Part shown: one piece after another, positions 8,428 through 19,147 of the stretch
Layout of the letters: each line of letters begins with the position of its first letter
Numbering within the stretch: position 1 is the stretch's first letter
Source: Flavobacteriaceae bacterium TMED48
Lineage (GTDB): Bacteria > Pseudomonadota > Gammaproteobacteria > Pseudomonadales > Porticoccaceae
Reading direction: 5' to 3'
NCBI GenBank assembly: GCA_905181995.1
Contig: CAJIZO010000201.1
Coordinates: 1-38,556 of the forward strand
DNA length: 38,556 bases
Translations under genes and position numbers: made by a program
Notes under the pieces: model-generated
What the model was told of the DNA's origin: nothing
The model's input: only the letters and a program-made list of their open reading frames with translations
The model's database searches: none

Positions 8428-9518
8428 TGACCCACCGATTGAGACTTACACACCACGCCATGATAACTAAAGCTATCGCTCAATAGCTCGCGTACCGATT
8501 GATCATAAGCGGGAATCGCGGCATCGGATACGCCCTCGCCCCCCACCCGATCACCCCAGCGCAGCACGCCCGCACCGCTGCTCAGACCTGCGCCAAAGGT
8601 CGCCATGAGTATCGTCATGCCAGGCTTGAGCCTGCCGCTATCCAGAGCTTCATAGAGGGCTATCGGCATGGAGGCCGCCGAGGTGTTGGCATATTTATCA
8701 ATGCAGATAACGGTTTTTTCGACAGGGAAATTGAGCCGTCGGGCAAGCCCTTCAATGATTCGGATATTGGCTTGGTGGGGCACGAAAAGATCGATGTCCT
8801 CCAGCGACATTCCGGCCGCACCAAGGGCTTGCTGACAGTCTTTTGCCATCGCCACAATCGCCCGCTTGAAAATGGCTGCGCCGTCAAAATCCAACGATGG
8901 ATGCAAGCCTCCGGTATGCACCTCGGGTCGAATCCCCCAACAGGGAATTCTTAAATAATCGCGACTGTCCGGGACACAACTCAATTTTGAAGATAGCAGG
9001 CCGACATCAGCGCTACTGCTCTGCACCACTACTGCACCGGCACCATCGCCAAACAGGCAGCAGGACTCGCGCTTGTTCCAGTCCATCGCCAGAGACAGGC
9101 GCTCGGCCCCAATGACCAGCGCACGCTGTATGGTTCCGGCTTTAATCATATCGGTGGCGACGGTCAATCCATAAAACCAACTGGTGCACGCCGAGTTCAA
9201 ATCAAAAGCGGCAGCGTCGCTGGCGCCCAACTTATTTTTTATATAACTGGCGGTATTTGGACAGACGTCGTCTGGCGTGGTCGAACCCAAAATCACCAAA
9301 TCCAGGTCTGCCGCGCTCAAGCCCGCTGCGGCCAGCGCGCGCTCTGCCGCCAACCAACCCATTTCGCCGGTCGAAACATGGCTGTAATGGCGTTGTTTAA
9401 TACCCGTTCGCGATTGAATCCACTCGTCGGAGGTATCGACGAAATCGACCAGATCGCGGTTAGTTACAACCAGCGAGGGCATGTATCGCCCCCATCCGGT
9501 AACTTCTGCGTTGCGCAA
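8424..9518 (-). CDS. fabH: 3-oxoacyl-ACP synthase III (FabH/KAS III family, FabH2-like)
   Basis: DTSDEWIQSRTGI, catalytic Cys in FDLNSACTS, LFGDGAGA, His in VPHQAN, Asn in YANTSAAS, FGAGLS. Start probably TTG at 9518 (GGGAG 8 nt upstream); the ORF track begins at 9527. Stop overlaps the dnaE start (ATGA). Confidence 0.88.
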   Translation of the reverse strand: MRNAEVTGWGRYMPSLVVTNRDLVDFVDTSDEWIQSRTGIKQRHYSHVSTGEMGWLAAERALAAAGLSAADLDLVILGSTTPDDVCPNTASYIKNKLGASDAAAFDLNSACTSWFYGLTVATDMIKAGTIQRALVIGAERLSLAMDWNKRESCCLFGDGAGAVVVQSSSADVGLLSSKLSCVPDSRDYLRIPCWGIRPEVHTGGLHPSLDFDGAAIFKRAIVAMAKDCQQALGAAGMSLEDIDLFVPHQANIRIIEGLARRLNFPVEKTVICIDKYANTSAASMPIALYEALDSGRLKPGMTILMATFGAGLSSGAGVLRWGDRVGGEGVSDAAIPAYDQSVRELLSDSFSYHGVVCKSQSVGQ

Positions 9519-9552
9519 CGTCATCACTCCCTAAATCGCTGGTAAGACGATA

Positions 9553-9581
9553 AATGTAAGGGCTTGAGCAAAACAGTACAA
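9553..9581 (-). promoter_or_regulatory. Putative sigma70 promoter for fabH-dnaE
   Basis: Minus strand TTGTAC (9581-9576), 17 bp spacer, TACATT (9558-9553) in the rnhB-fabH spacer. Confidence 0.5.
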
Positions 9582-9624
9582 GGACTAATCTGCTAGCCTA
9601 AAGATTATCTCTCGATGTCGAACG

Positions 9625-10233
9625 CTAAAGCGGGCGACTGGGCCAATCCCGCGCGCTGCGTACTGGCGCAAACGACATCCGGTGAATTGGTGTCGGCCCG
9701 AACTGTCGAAGCGCCGCTAGGTGGCGCGCCGTTCCGTACCCCTTGTGGGCCTCAAAACCGTAGTCTGGGTAGCGTTTAGCAAGTTCCATCATCTCACGAT
9801 CGCGAACCACCTTGGCAACAATAGACGCTGCGCTTATGGCATCGACCCGGCCATCGCCCTTGACCACTGCCTCAGCTCTAAAGCGCCAGTCGGGCAATCG
9901 ATTGCCGTCTACCGCGACATAATCTGGCACCACACTGAGCGCCTTAACCGCCCGATCCATGGCGTTCAGCGTCGCCTGGAGGATATTCACTCGGTCGATT
10001 TCAGCCACCGCGCTTCTGGCAATTGCATAGCACACAGCGCTTGCCGTAATCTGCTCGAAAAGCTCTTCTCTGCGTTTTGGCGAAAGGCGCTTAGAGTCAT
10101 TCAAGCCGACTAATTGATGATTTTTCGGCAAAATCACCGCAGCAACCACCACGTCTCCGGCAAGCGGCCCGCGGCCCACTTCGTCGACACCGGCAAGACA
10201 CTCTACCCCCGACGGCGGGTGCCAGGCGGTCAT
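9625..10233 (-). CDS. rnhB: Ribonuclease HII
   Basis: [31 protein letters not shown]...[24 protein letters not shown]. Confidence 0.97.
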   Translation of the reverse strand: MTAWHPPSGVECLAGVDEVGRGPLAGDVVVAAVILPKNHQLVGLNDSKRLSPKRREELFEQITASAVCYAIARSAVAEIDRVNILQATLNAMDRAVKALSVVPDYVAVDGNRLPDWRFRAEAVVKGDGRVDAISAASIVAKVVRDREMMELAKRYPDYGFEAHKGYGTARHLAALRQFGPTPIHRMSFAPVRSARDWPSRPL

Positions 10234-11369
10234 TGACGCAGTAACTCGTCGATCGCGGCAGCGGCCAATTCCCCGGAGGGCAACTTTAGCGTCTGGTGGA
10301 ACGCGGTGAACTCTGCAATCAATTGGTGGTTTTGTAGCGGACTAAAAGCGGCCATAACCGCATCGCTAAGACCGTCGACCGTGGCGTCATCCTGAATCAA
10401 TTCAGGCACCAACATGCGCTTAGCCAATAAATTTGGAATCGAAATAAACGGCGTCACGATCATCGGCGCAACAATTTTGTAGGTTAGCGCGCCCAACCGA
10501 TAACTCACCACCATCGGTTTTTTTAGCAACATCGCCTCGAGTGCGGTTGTTCCAGACGTCAATAAGACCACGTCTGAGGCTTCCATGGCGAGTTTTGACT
10601 GCTGCTCCAACAACTTCACCTCAGCGAGATTAAAAGACCCGAGTAAAGCGGTTAGTTGACGATATCGCGCCGCATTGGCGGCCGGCACCAGCACCTGAAG
10701 GTTGGGGATATCTTCCCTAACCCGCGCTACAACCTGCATGAAAAGTTGCGCCATCATGTCGACTTCGGATCCCCGGCTCCCCGGCATCAGCGTCAAAGTA
10801 GGCGTATCCATTTGCAGGCCAAGTGCGCGCCGAGCGCCACGGGTGTCTGGCTGCAGTGGGTATTGATCCGCAAGTGGGTGTCCGACAAACCGCACGGGCA
10901 CCTGGTGCTGACGATAAAAGTCGCTTTCAAACGGCAGTAGGGTCAGCATCAAGTCGACGCATCGGACAATTTTTTTAATCCGCCCCTGTCGCCACGCCCA
11001 CACCGAGGGGCTGACGTAGTGAATGGTTTTGATACCCGACTGACGCAGTGACAACTCGATTTGCAAATTGAAATCCGGCGAATCTATGCCGATAAAGGCG
11101 GCCGGCGGGGTGTCTCGATATCGCTTAATCAACGCGCGGCGCATCGACAGTAACTCTGGCAGCCGCTTCAGCGGTTCGACAAAGCCCATTACCGAAAGGC
11201 GTTCCATGTCGAAGTGCGACTGGAAACCCAGCGCCTGCATCAATGGGCCGCCAACGCCTTCAAAATGGGCATTTGGGTAGCGTTTACGGAGCGCTTTAAT
11301 GAGGTCGGCGCCGAGTATGTCGCCCGAGGATTCGCCTACCACCATCGCAAATACCGGCGTGTTCGACAT
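10230..11369 (-). CDS. lpxB: Lipid-A-disaccharide synthase
   Basis: [55 protein letters not shown]. Confidence 0.96.
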   Translation of the reverse strand: MSNTPVFAMVVGESSGDILGADLIKALRKRYPNAHFEGVGGPLMQALGFQSHFDMERLSVMGFVEPLKRLPELLSMRRALIKRYRDTPPAAFIGIDSPDFNLQIELSLRQSGIKTIHYVSPSVWAWRQGRIKKIVRCVDLMLTLLPFESDFYRQHQVPVRFVGHPLADQYPLQPDTRGARRALGLQMDTPTLTLMPGSRGSEVDMMAQLFMQVVARVREDIPNLQVLVPAANAARYRQLTALLGSFNLAEVKLLEQQSKLAMEASDVVLLTSGTTALEAMLLKKPMVVSYRLGALTYKIVAPMIVTPFISIPNLLAKRMLVPELIQDDATVDGLSDAVMAAFSPLQNHQLIAEFTAFHQTLKLPSGELAAAAIDELLRQ

Positions 11370-12137
11370 TTAGCGAATAATACCGCGGGTCGAGTGCTTG
11401 ATCGAATCTAGAAAAAGTCCGATGATTGCATCATCGCCCAGCGCCGCAATTTCTAAAAGCGCCTCGTCAAGGGCTAATCCTCGCCGGTAAAGTAACTTGT
11501 AAGCCCGGTTGGCGAGAGAGATTTGCGCGCTTGAGAACCCGCGACGTTTGAGCCCTTCTCGATTGATTGTACGCGGTTCTGCCGGGCTGCCAAACGCCGT
11601 CACAAAGGCTGGAATATCGTGATAGATAAAGGCTCCGGGGCCGACAAAACAATGCGCTCCAACATGCACGAACTGATGCACCAGCGTATACCCGGACAAG
11701 ATCGCCCAGTCGCCAACCAAAACATGACCGGCGAGACTGGCGTTGTTGACTAAAATGGTGTGGTTACCCACCCTGCAGTCGTGGCCGACGTGCACGTAGG
11801 CCATCAGTAGATTGTCGTTACCAATCACCGTTTCGCCACGGTCCTGCATGGTTCCACGGTGAATAGTCGCCCCTTCGCGAATGATATTGTTGTCTCCAAT
11901 CAGCAACCTGGTTGCCTCACCGGCGTATTTCAAGTCGGGAGTCGCATCACCAATCGTCGAAAACTGAAATATCTTATTGTTGTTGCCAATCACCGTTGGA
12001 CCCTTGATAACAACGTGCGACGCGATATCACAATCATCGCCAACCACCACTCCCGGACCGATCAGCGTCCACGGCCCAATCTGGGTGTTTTCACCTATCT
12101 GCGCCGATGGATCGACAATCGCTGAAGCGTGGATCAC
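11370..12137 (-). CDS. lpxA: UDP-N-acetylglucosamine O-acyltransferase
   Basis: Hexapeptide repeats ([14 protein letters not shown]), [35 protein letters not shown]. Start set at GTG 12137, overlapping the fabZ TGA (GTGA). Confidence 0.96.
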   Translation of the reverse strand: MIHASAIVDPSAQIGENTQIGPWTLIGPGVVVGDDCDIASHVVIKGPTVIGNNNKIFQFSTIGDATPDLKYAGEATRLLIGDNNIIREGATIHRGTMQDRGETVIGNDNLLMAYVHVGHDCRVGNHTILVNNASLAGHVLVGDWAILSGYTLVHQFVHVGAHCFVGPGAFIYHDIPAFVTAFGSPAEPRTINREGLKRRGFSSAQISLANRAYKLLYRRGLALDEALLEIAALGDDAIIGLFLDSIKHSTRGIIR

Positions 12138-12583
12138 TCGAATTTTTCTCGCTCTTGATAGGCGCATAACAGCGTCGCTTCACAGGCCGTCTGACCGTCG
12201 ACCACAGCGGTGGTACGAAAGCGCCAAAGGTTGCGCTTTACCGCCTCGACCTCGGAGGTGAGCATCAACTGATCTCCCGGCACTACCGGTTGTTTAAAGC
12301 GCACCCGATCGATACCAGCAAACAAATACAACATGCCATCATCGGCTTTTTGGCCGGTGGTGACGAAACCTAAAATGCCGGAAATTTGTGCCATGGCCTC
12401 GATGATTAATACCCCGGGGAATATCGGCGCACCGGGAAAGTGACCGGCAAAAACCTCCTCATTAAAGCTGATATTTTTATAGCCGAGAATCCGTTTCCCC
12501 GACTCAACTTCCAAAACTCGATCCACCAACAGCATTGGATAGCGGTGCGGCAGCAAGGCCATAATGTCGTTTACGTTCATCAT
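12134..12583 (-). CDS. fabZ: 3-hydroxyacyl-ACP dehydratase
   Basis: [45 protein letters not shown]. Confidence 0.97.
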   Translation of the reverse strand: MMNVNDIMALLPHRYPMLLVDRVLEVESGKRILGYKNISFNEEVFAGHFPGAPIFPGVLIIEAMAQISGILGFVTTGQKADDGMLYLFAGIDRVRFKQPVVPGDQLMLTSEVEAVKRNLWRFRTTAVVDGQTACEATLLCAYQEREKFE

Positions 12584-12637
12584 TTATTTCATCGGCACCT
12601 AAGTTAATAATCCATTAATTATCGATCGATTCATGTC

Positions 12638-13675
12638 TTAATCGTCGCTTGAACGCGTCCTTTTGTCCAGTGCATCGAGGCGGCTGGCAAGCGTCGCTAA
12701 CTGGGCAAAGCCGACGGCATTCCGACGCCATCGCCCAGATTTCATCAACGGCAGCGCTGCGTTTGAATAGGATCCCGATTCGGTAATCGATTTGGTTACC
12801 GTCGATCGTGCCGTTACCTGCACTCGGTCGGCGAGTTGCAAGTGCCCGTAGACCGCAGCATCCCCAGCCAGCACGCAATTGTCGCCAATTACGGAGCTAC
12901 CTGCGATAGCCGCATACGCCGCCATGGCGACATTATCGCCCAGGCGTACATTGTGCGCTATCTGTACATGATTATCTAAAATCACGCCCGAACCTATAAC
13001 GGTATCGCCAATAGCGCCCCGGTCAATCGTCGAACAGGCACCGATCTCGACCCGATCACCGATTTTAACGCCTCCGATTTGATGAATTTTTTGCCAGCCG
13101 CCATCGCCGTCTGGTGCAAAACCAAAGCCATCTGCGCCAATCACCGAGCCACCGTGCACCGTGACCTGACAGCCCATGGCAACATCGTGATAGATAGTCA
13201 CATTGCTTTCAATTCGACAACCGGAACCCAACGAGGACCGCTCTCCGATCGTCGAGTTAGCGCCAATATAACAGCCACTGCCAATCGATACTCCAGCGCC
13301 AATCACCGCGCACGGGCCGATGTAACAATCGCTCGCCACCACAGCATCCGAGGAGATCACCGCAGACGAGTGAATCTCACGCGCCGGTTGCGGTGCGGTG
13401 ACAAACCACTGGGTTAGTTTCGCATAACTCAAATAGGGATTGTGACTGACCAGACAAACACGCGGGAATCTATCGGCATGCTCCGCCGATAATATCACCG
13501 CGCCAGCACCACTATCCTTCAGCAGCGCCAAATAACGCGGGTTGGCAACAAAGCTAATATCACTAGCACCAGCGTCCTCAAGCGTTGCCAATCCACTAAT
13601 CGGTGTGTCGGGGCAACCCCTGAGTTCAAGCTCTAAAAAGTCTGCAAGTTCCGCTGCTCGATAGGCAGTTTTCAT
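12638..13675 (-). CDS. lpxD: UDP-3-O-acyl-glucosamine N-acyltransferase
   Basis: ISFVANPRY, NPYLSYA, IGADGFGF, EIGACSTIDRGA, DNHVQIAHNV, hexapeptide repeats. Confidence 0.96.
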   Translation of the reverse strand: MKTAYRAAELADFLELELRGCPDTPISGLATLEDAGASDISFVANPRYLALLKDSGAGAVILSAEHADRFPRVCLVSHNPYLSYAKLTQWFVTAPQPAREIHSSAVISSDAVVASDCYIGPCAVIGAGVSIGSGCYIGANSTIGERSSLGSGCRIESNVTIYHDVAMGCQVTVHGGSVIGADGFGFAPDGDGGWQKIHQIGGVKIGDRVEIGACSTIDRGAIGDTVIGSGVILDNHVQIAHNVRLGDNVAMAAYAAIAGSSVIGDNCVLAGDAAVYGHLQLADRVQVTARSTVTKSITESGSYSNAALPLMKSGRWRRNAVGFAQLATLASRLDALDKRTRSSDD

Positions 13676-13681
13676 TGCGTG

Positions 13682-14206
13682 TCACTGGGACGGCTTTTTG
13701 TTCAAACGGTCTACAACCTTGGCGGTGACGTTGCTCTCGGGACTTGCCATCACCAGTGATTCGGCCTTTAGCAAGATGGTAATTCCCTCTTCTTTAATCA
13801 CCATCTCTAACGCCTCTTGTGCCTTGGGCAGTAGCTCTTGATAAATTTTCTGCTGCAACTGCTGCTGCTCTGCCTTAATTTTTCGACCCGCCAATTCAGC
13901 ATCTGCCTTGGCATATTCCATTTTCTTCTGATGATCGGCGGCCTGTTCTTGCGACCAGGTCAAACGCTTGGACTCGGCTTCTTTAGCGAGCGCCTGAAAA
14001 TCCGCAGCCGAGCCTTCATACTTGGCTTTGAGGGCGACAAAATCACTCCCCTCTGAAGCGTCTTTGGCGCGTTGTTGAGCAGCATCAGACGCAAAAATCG
14101 CGCCGGCAAAATCGATCACTGCAATTTTTTCAGCCGCGGCCACCATCACCGGGGTAAACGCAATCAAGGCGACCAACAACACAAACAGTGACTTTATTTT
14201 CTGCAC
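13682..14206 (-). CDS. skp: OmpH/Skp periplasmic chaperone
   Basis: Signal peptide, KIAVID motif, coiled-coil middle, position between bamA and lpxD; GTG start with AGGAG RBS. Confidence 0.88.
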   Translation of the reverse strand: MQKIKSLFVLLVALIAFTPVMVAAAEKIAVIDFAGAIFASDAAQQRAKDASEGSDFVALKAKYEGSAADFQALAKEAESKRLTWSQEQAADHQKKMEYAKADAELAGRKIKAEQQQLQQKIYQELLPKAQEALEMVIKEEGITILLKAESLVMASPESNVTAKVVDRLNKKPSQ

Positions 14207-14226
14207 TTTACTTCTCCTAGCTATAG

Positions 14227-16563
14227 TTAAAATTGATTTCCGAGCGAGAACTGAAACACTTCGGTCTCATCATATTCGCTCTTATTTAAAGGTTTGGCAA
14301 TACTAAAGGTAATCGGCCCAAAGCCGCTCAACCAGGTCGCGCCCAAGCCCACTGAATACCGTAACTCACCCGCTTCGGGTTTAAAACAGTTGACCTGAGT
14401 GGCGCCACATTTGGAGTTAAAGATATTGCCGGCATCAAAGAACAGCGCCGATTGCACCGATCGCTGATCTTTGAGAAAGGGCAACGGGAAAATAATCTCA
14501 GCGCCCAGTTCAATTTGAATGTTACCGCCAATTGGATCGGGATCGTCATAGTAGTAGCCGCCACTGGCGGCTGGCGGTGTATCTTGCGGACCCAAGGTAT
14601 TGCGCTTGAAGCCGCGTACCGACCCAAAGCCGCCACCGTAAAAATTCTTGAAAAAAGGTAATTGACTGGTGCCACCATAGGACTCGCCGTAGCCCAAGTC
14701 CGAGCGTAATTTTAACGTCAACGACCGCGTCAAGCCACGCAAATACTGCCCTGAATAAGTCAGTTTATAATACTCTAATCCCGATCCGGGCACCGACACA
14801 TCCATTCCCAGTCGCTGCGAAGTTCCGCGCGTGGCAAATACACCGCGGTTTAAGGTAGACCGAACCCAATTCATATTGAAATTTACGGTATCGAAATCGG
14901 TGCCATTTTCGTCGACAAAGGAAGCAATTTCAGACGACGCATACCTGCCCGTCTCGAGCGCTAAATTCTCATAGCCAAAACCGAGACCAATGCGCTCAAC
15001 TTCAGACACTGGGTAACTCCAGTTAACACTCGCGCCATAGCTGTTGGTTGAGAAACTGGCAATATTGATTTCATCATAGTTGGTTTTACGACCAAATAAC
15101 GAGTACCCAACGCTGACCCCATCGACGGTAAAATAGGGCTCGGTATAACTAAAATTCACCGATGTTTGATAGCGACTGCGGTTAATTCCAACGCCCACCT
15201 GCTTGCCAGTCCCGAGAAAATTGTTCTCGCTGAGGTTCGCGCCGAGAATCAATCCGGTACCCTGCGCAAAGCCCAAGCTGGCACCGACCGAACCCGAGGG
15301 CTGCTCCTCCACGGTGTAGACCACATCAATTTGGTCGTTAGTTCCGGGAACCGGTATGTTTTCAATATTCACCTCTTTGAAAAACCCCAGACGCTCAAGG
15401 CGTACCTTGGAGTGTTCGATCAAGGAATTGTTCGCCGAACCGCCCTCCATCTGCCGCATCTCGCGCCGTAGAACCATACTCGCAGTCTTGGTATTACCGC
15501 GAAATTCGATGCGTCGCACATAGGCGCGCATTCCCGGCTTGACCAGGTAAGTGATCTTGGCCGTCTTGCTCTCCTCGTCGATGTCGGGGTAGCCATTGAC
15601 CTCGGCAAAGGTATAGCCTTCATTGCCCAACCGCTTGGTGATGTACTCGCTCGACGCGGTCATCAAAGCTTGCGAAAAGGTCATTCCCTCGCGCAGTATG
15701 ACGAGCGCTTTAATCTGTTCTTCGGGGATTTTAAGCTCACCCGCCAAGTCCACTTCATCGATCGTATAGATATCGCCCTCATCGATGTTGATCGTTATGT
15801 AGACCGAATCCTTAGCCGCATTGATAGACACCTGGGTGCTCGCCAATTCGAACTTGAGATAACCGCGATCTAAATACCAAGACTCGAGCGTGTCCAGATC
15901 CCCCGTTAGCTTTTCCCGCGCGTACTTATCATCGCTCGTAATCCACGACAACCAGCCGGTTTTTCGCTGCTCAAACTTTTCGAGCAACTCCTCTTGGGAG
16001 AACGCCTGATTGCCGATAATATTGATGTGACGAATTTTCGCCACGTCGCCCTCGTCGATATCTATGTTAATCGCGACGCGGTTGCGCGGCAGTTGTTGCA
16101 CTTCGGTTTCGACCAAGGCGCCATAGCGCCCCTGCGCTACATACTGTCGCTGCAACTCCTGCGTCATACCCTCGAGGATCACCTGCCGAAAGATCTGCCC
16201 TTCGGCGAGGCCATTGTCGCGCAGCGCAGACAGTAATTGCTCGGTTTCGATAGCCTTGTTGCCATCCAGTTTTATTTCGGTGACCGCCGGCCGTTCGCCG
16301 AGTCCAATCACCAAAACATCGTTGTCGCGCGCCATCACCACATCGGAAAAATATCCCGTGCGAAAGAGTGCCCGCGACGCATCACGCAAGCTAGCGTCGT
16401 CGACCAAATCGCCGACACTCACCGGCAGAGCGGCAAATACGGACCCGGCGGAAACACGCTGCAATCCCTCAATGCGTATATCTTTGATCTCAAAGACGTC
16501 GGCGTGGGACTGGGAACTATGCAAAACAACTGCACACAGAAGGACTAGCCAGTAACGTATCAT
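14227..16563 (-). CDS. bamA: Outer membrane protein assembly factor BamA
   Basis: Signal peptide, POTRA repeats (IKDIRIEGLQRV, VLRREMRQMEG), VRGF motif, C-terminal FQFSLGNQF. Confidence 0.97.
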   Translation of the reverse strand: MIRYWLVLLCAVVLHSSQSHADVFEIKDIRIEGLQRVSAGSVFAALPVSVGDLVDDASLRDASRALFRTGYFSDVVMARDNDVLVIGLGERPAVTEIKLDGNKAIETEQLLSALRDNGLAEGQIFRQVILEGMTQELQRQYVAQGRYGALVETEVQQLPRNRVAINIDIDEGDVAKIRHINIIGNQAFSQEELLEKFEQRKTGWLSWITSDDKYAREKLTGDLDTLESWYLDRGYLKFELASTQVSINAAKDSVYITINIDEGDIYTIDEVDLAGELKIPEEQIKALVILREGMTFSQALMTASSEYITKRLGNEGYTFAEVNGYPDIDEESKTAKITYLVKPGMRAYVRRIEFRGNTKTASMVLRREMRQMEGGSANNSLIEHSKVRLERLGFFKEVNIENIPVPGTNDQIDVVYTVEEQPSGSVGASLGFAQGTGLILGANLSENNFLGTGKQVGVGINRSRYQTSVNFSYTEPYFTVDGVSVGYSLFGRKTNYDEINIASFSTNSYGASVNWSYPVSEVERIGLGFGYENLALETGRYASSEIASFVDENGTDFDTVNFNMNWVRSTLNRGVFATRGTSQRLGMDVSVPGSGLEYYKLTYSGQYLRGLTRSLTLKLRSDLGYGESYGGTSQLPFFKNFYGGGFGSVRGFKRNTLGPQDTPPAASGGYYYDDPDPIGGNIQIELGAEIIFPLPFLKDQRSVQSALFFDAGNIFNSKCGATQVNCFKPEAGELRYSVGLGATWLSGFGPITFSIAKPLNKSEYDETEVFQFSLGNQF

Positions 16564-16600
16564 TTAACTTATGTAATCCATTAGAAGGTTCGCGACAGCA

Positions 16601-17962
16601 TTATAAGAAAGCTCTTGTTAGATCATTAAAAGTGGCTACCACCATTAATCCCACAAGCAAGGTAAATCCTACTTTATAACCGGCGACCTGTACTTTATCA
16701 GACACCGGCGAACCTTTTACAACTTCCACCATATAGTAGACCAGATGCCCTCCGTCTAACACCGGAATCGGCAACAAATTCATCACTCCAAGCATTATAC
16801 TGAGAATCGCCACAAAGCGAATAAAATTATCCACTCCGGCCCTGGCCGAGTCTCCAGCCACTTTGGCAATGGTGATAGGACCGCTGAGGTTTTTCGGCGA
16901 TAAATCGCCGACCACCAATTTACCCAAAGATTTTACCACGAACACGCTGTACTCGGCCGTTTGCTCAACGCCTCTTACCAAAGCGCTCCAAAGACTGTGA
17001 TCAACATGAAAAACCATGCTGTCGGGGAACTTGCCCTTGGGCGCCAGTGTCACGCCAATTCGCCCGACATCGGACTCGCCAGTTTGCACCAGAGCCGGCA
17101 CCACATCGATCAGCAGCTGAGTATCTTGACGATTAATCAGCAGGGTGACTGCACGGTTGGGGCTCGCTGCTACCGCCTGAATAAAGGTGTCGATATGGTC
17201 GATGGCGATGCCATTGATCTCGACCACCTGATCGCCGGCCTCGAGACCTGCGCGTTCAGCCGCACTGCCCTCATCGATCGCGGCAAAGCTTAGAGACTGC
17301 AATTCGTATGCGGGACTAATGCCCAGTTCACGCAGTGGCACCGGATCCATCGCATCGCGCAACCATCGGTCAATCGGCACTTGCAATGGCACCGACAGGT
17401 TAGAATCGGCCAACTGCACGACAAAGGGGATCTCTCCCGAGCTGCCAACAAAGCCAAACAGTCTCTTCGACAGATCATCCCAACTCGGGGTCGCCTGATC
17501 GCCGACCGAGAGTATCGTCATACCTCGCTCGAACCCGGCCCGCTGAGCGTCAGAGGCGAGCGCAACTTCGCCAACCACCGGCCTAACGCCAACTTCGCCG
17601 GCCAGAAATATCATCCAGAAGGCAAATACCGCGAGGATAAAATTGGCCATCGGCCCGGCACTCACGATGGCAATCCTGCGCCACACGCTAACGCTGCTAA
17701 ATGCGAACGGCAAGTCCTCCTCTGCCACCTCACCCGTTCGAGCATCGAGCATCTTCACATACCCGCCAAGCGGCAGGGCAGCAAGAACAAATTCGGTGCC
17801 AAGCTTGTCGGTCCAGCGCACCAATGGCGTGCCAAAACCGATCGAAAAACGCTCCACCTTGACACCGCAGCGTCGGGCTACCCAAAAGTGTCCAAATTCG
17901 TGGATCGTCACCAGCACGCCGAGGGCTATAAAGGTGTATAACAGGGTTTCAAATATCTGCAT
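16601..17962 (-). CDS. rseP: RIP metalloprotease RseP
   Basis: HEFGH zinc motif, PLGGYVKM, AGPMANF, two PDZ-like regions, NLLPIPVLDGGH. Confidence 0.96.
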   Translation of the reverse strand: MQIFETLLYTFIALGVLVTIHEFGHFWVARRCGVKVERFSIGFGTPLVRWTDKLGTEFVLAALPLGGYVKMLDARTGEVAEEDLPFAFSSVSVWRRIAIVSAGPMANFILAVFAFWMIFLAGEVGVRPVVGEVALASDAQRAGFERGMTILSVGDQATPSWDDLSKRLFGFVGSSGEIPFVVQLADSNLSVPLQVPIDRWLRDAMDPVPLRELGISPAYELQSLSFAAIDEGSAAERAGLEAGDQVVEINGIAIDHIDTFIQAVAASPNRAVTLLINRQDTQLLIDVVPALVQTGESDVGRIGVTLAPKGKFPDSMVFHVDHSLWSALVRGVEQTAEYSVFVVKSLGKLVVGDLSPKNLSGPITIAKVAGDSARAGVDNFIRFVAILSIMLGVMNLLPIPVLDGGHLVYYMVEVVKGSPVSDKVQVAGYKVGFTLLVGLMVVATFNDLTRAFL

Positions 17963-17965
17963 AAT

Positions 17966-19147
17966 TTAACGCTCAATCCTATCAATTCGAGCCACGCTCA
18001 TCACCCGCGCTCTGGCATCAGACTCTTCGACAGCAGCTAGCGACTCAGGTTCACTAAAACGGTATTCATTCATAATATGCTCGACGACCTCGGCAATCTC
18101 GGTAAAGTCTATACGCAGATCGAGAAACGCCTGAACCGCTATTTCATTGGCTGCATTTAACACTGCCGGCGCATCCCCGCCCGCCTTCGCAGCCCCATAG
18201 GCCATCGCTAGGCACGGAAAATTGCGTTCGTCTGGAGCGGCGAAATCGAGCCGCGAAAGCGCCACCAAGTCCAGGTCTTCAACACCCGATGCCATGCGCT
18301 CGGGCCATGCCAGCGCATGGGCAATCGGGGTGCGCATGTCTGGGTGGCCTAGTTGCGCTAAAACAGAGCCATCCACATACTGCACCATTGAGTGAATGAT
18401 ACTCTGCGGATGAATGACAACGTCAATCTTTGATGCCGGCATATCAAAGAGCCAGCCCGCCTCGATGACTTCGAGTCCCTTGTTCATCATGGTCGCAGAA
18501 TCGACAGAAATCTTATCACCCATTGCCCACTGCGGATGCGCGCAGGCCTCGGCTGGTGTAACGCCGCGCATGCGGTCGCGATCCCAACCTCGAAAGGGAC
18601 CGCCAGAGGCCGATAACAATAACTTAGAGACACCGCCACGATGATCATCGGCGTAGGACACCGGCAAACATTGGAAAATGGCGTTGTGTTCGCTGTCGAT
18701 CGGCAACACCATTGATCCGGACTCAACCACCGCTTGCATAAACAACGTCCCGGCCATGACCAGTGACTCTTTATTTGCCAACAGGAGTTTTTTACCGGCG
18801 CGCACCGCAGCCATTGTCGAGCCCAGCCCGGCAGCGCCAACTATCGCCGCCATAACCGTATCTACGCAGGGATCACTCGCCACATCACAGAGCGCCTGAG
18901 TGCCGACCAGCACCTCCGTGGTACACGCAGCAGCGCTCAATAACGCCGATAACTTGAGCGCGATCTGCGCATCGAGAACCACCGCATACCGCGGTTGATG
19001 GCGAATACACTGCTGAGCCAAGCGTTGAAACTGCCGATGACCACTCAGCGCAAACACCTCAAAGCGGTCCGGATGACGCTCGATAACATCGAGGGTATTG
19101 ACGCCGATGGTGCCCGTCGCGCCAAGTAACGTAATCGTTTGACGCAT
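17966..19147 (-). CDS. dxr: 1-deoxy-D-xylulose-5-phosphate reductoisomerase
   Basis: [35 protein letters not shown], [23 protein letters not shown], PDMRTPI, NAANE. Confidence 0.97.
   Translation of the reverse strand: MRQTITLLGATGTIGVNTLDVIERHPDRFEVFALSGHRQFQRLAQQCIRHQPRYAVVLDAQIALKLSALLSAAACTTEVLVGTQALCDVASDPCVDTVMAAIVGAAGLGSTMAAVRAGKKLLLANKESLVMAGTLFMQAVVESGSMVLPIDSEHNAIFQCLPVSYADDHRGGVSKLLLSASGGPFRGWDRDRMRGVTPAEACAHPQWAMGDKISVDSATMMNKGLEVIEAGWLFDMPASKIDVVIHPQSIIHSMVQYVDGSVLAQLGHPDMRTPIAHALAWPERMASGVEDLDLVALSRLDFAAPDERNFPCLAMAYGAAKAGGDAPAVLNAANEIAVQAFLDLRIDFTEIAEVVEHIMNEYRFSEPESLAAVEESDARARVMSVARIDRIER

Noticed and set aside
16564-16600. sigmaE promoter upstream of bamA (GAACCT on the minus strand)
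   Set aside because: No TCAAA/TCTGA-like -10 at the right spacing.
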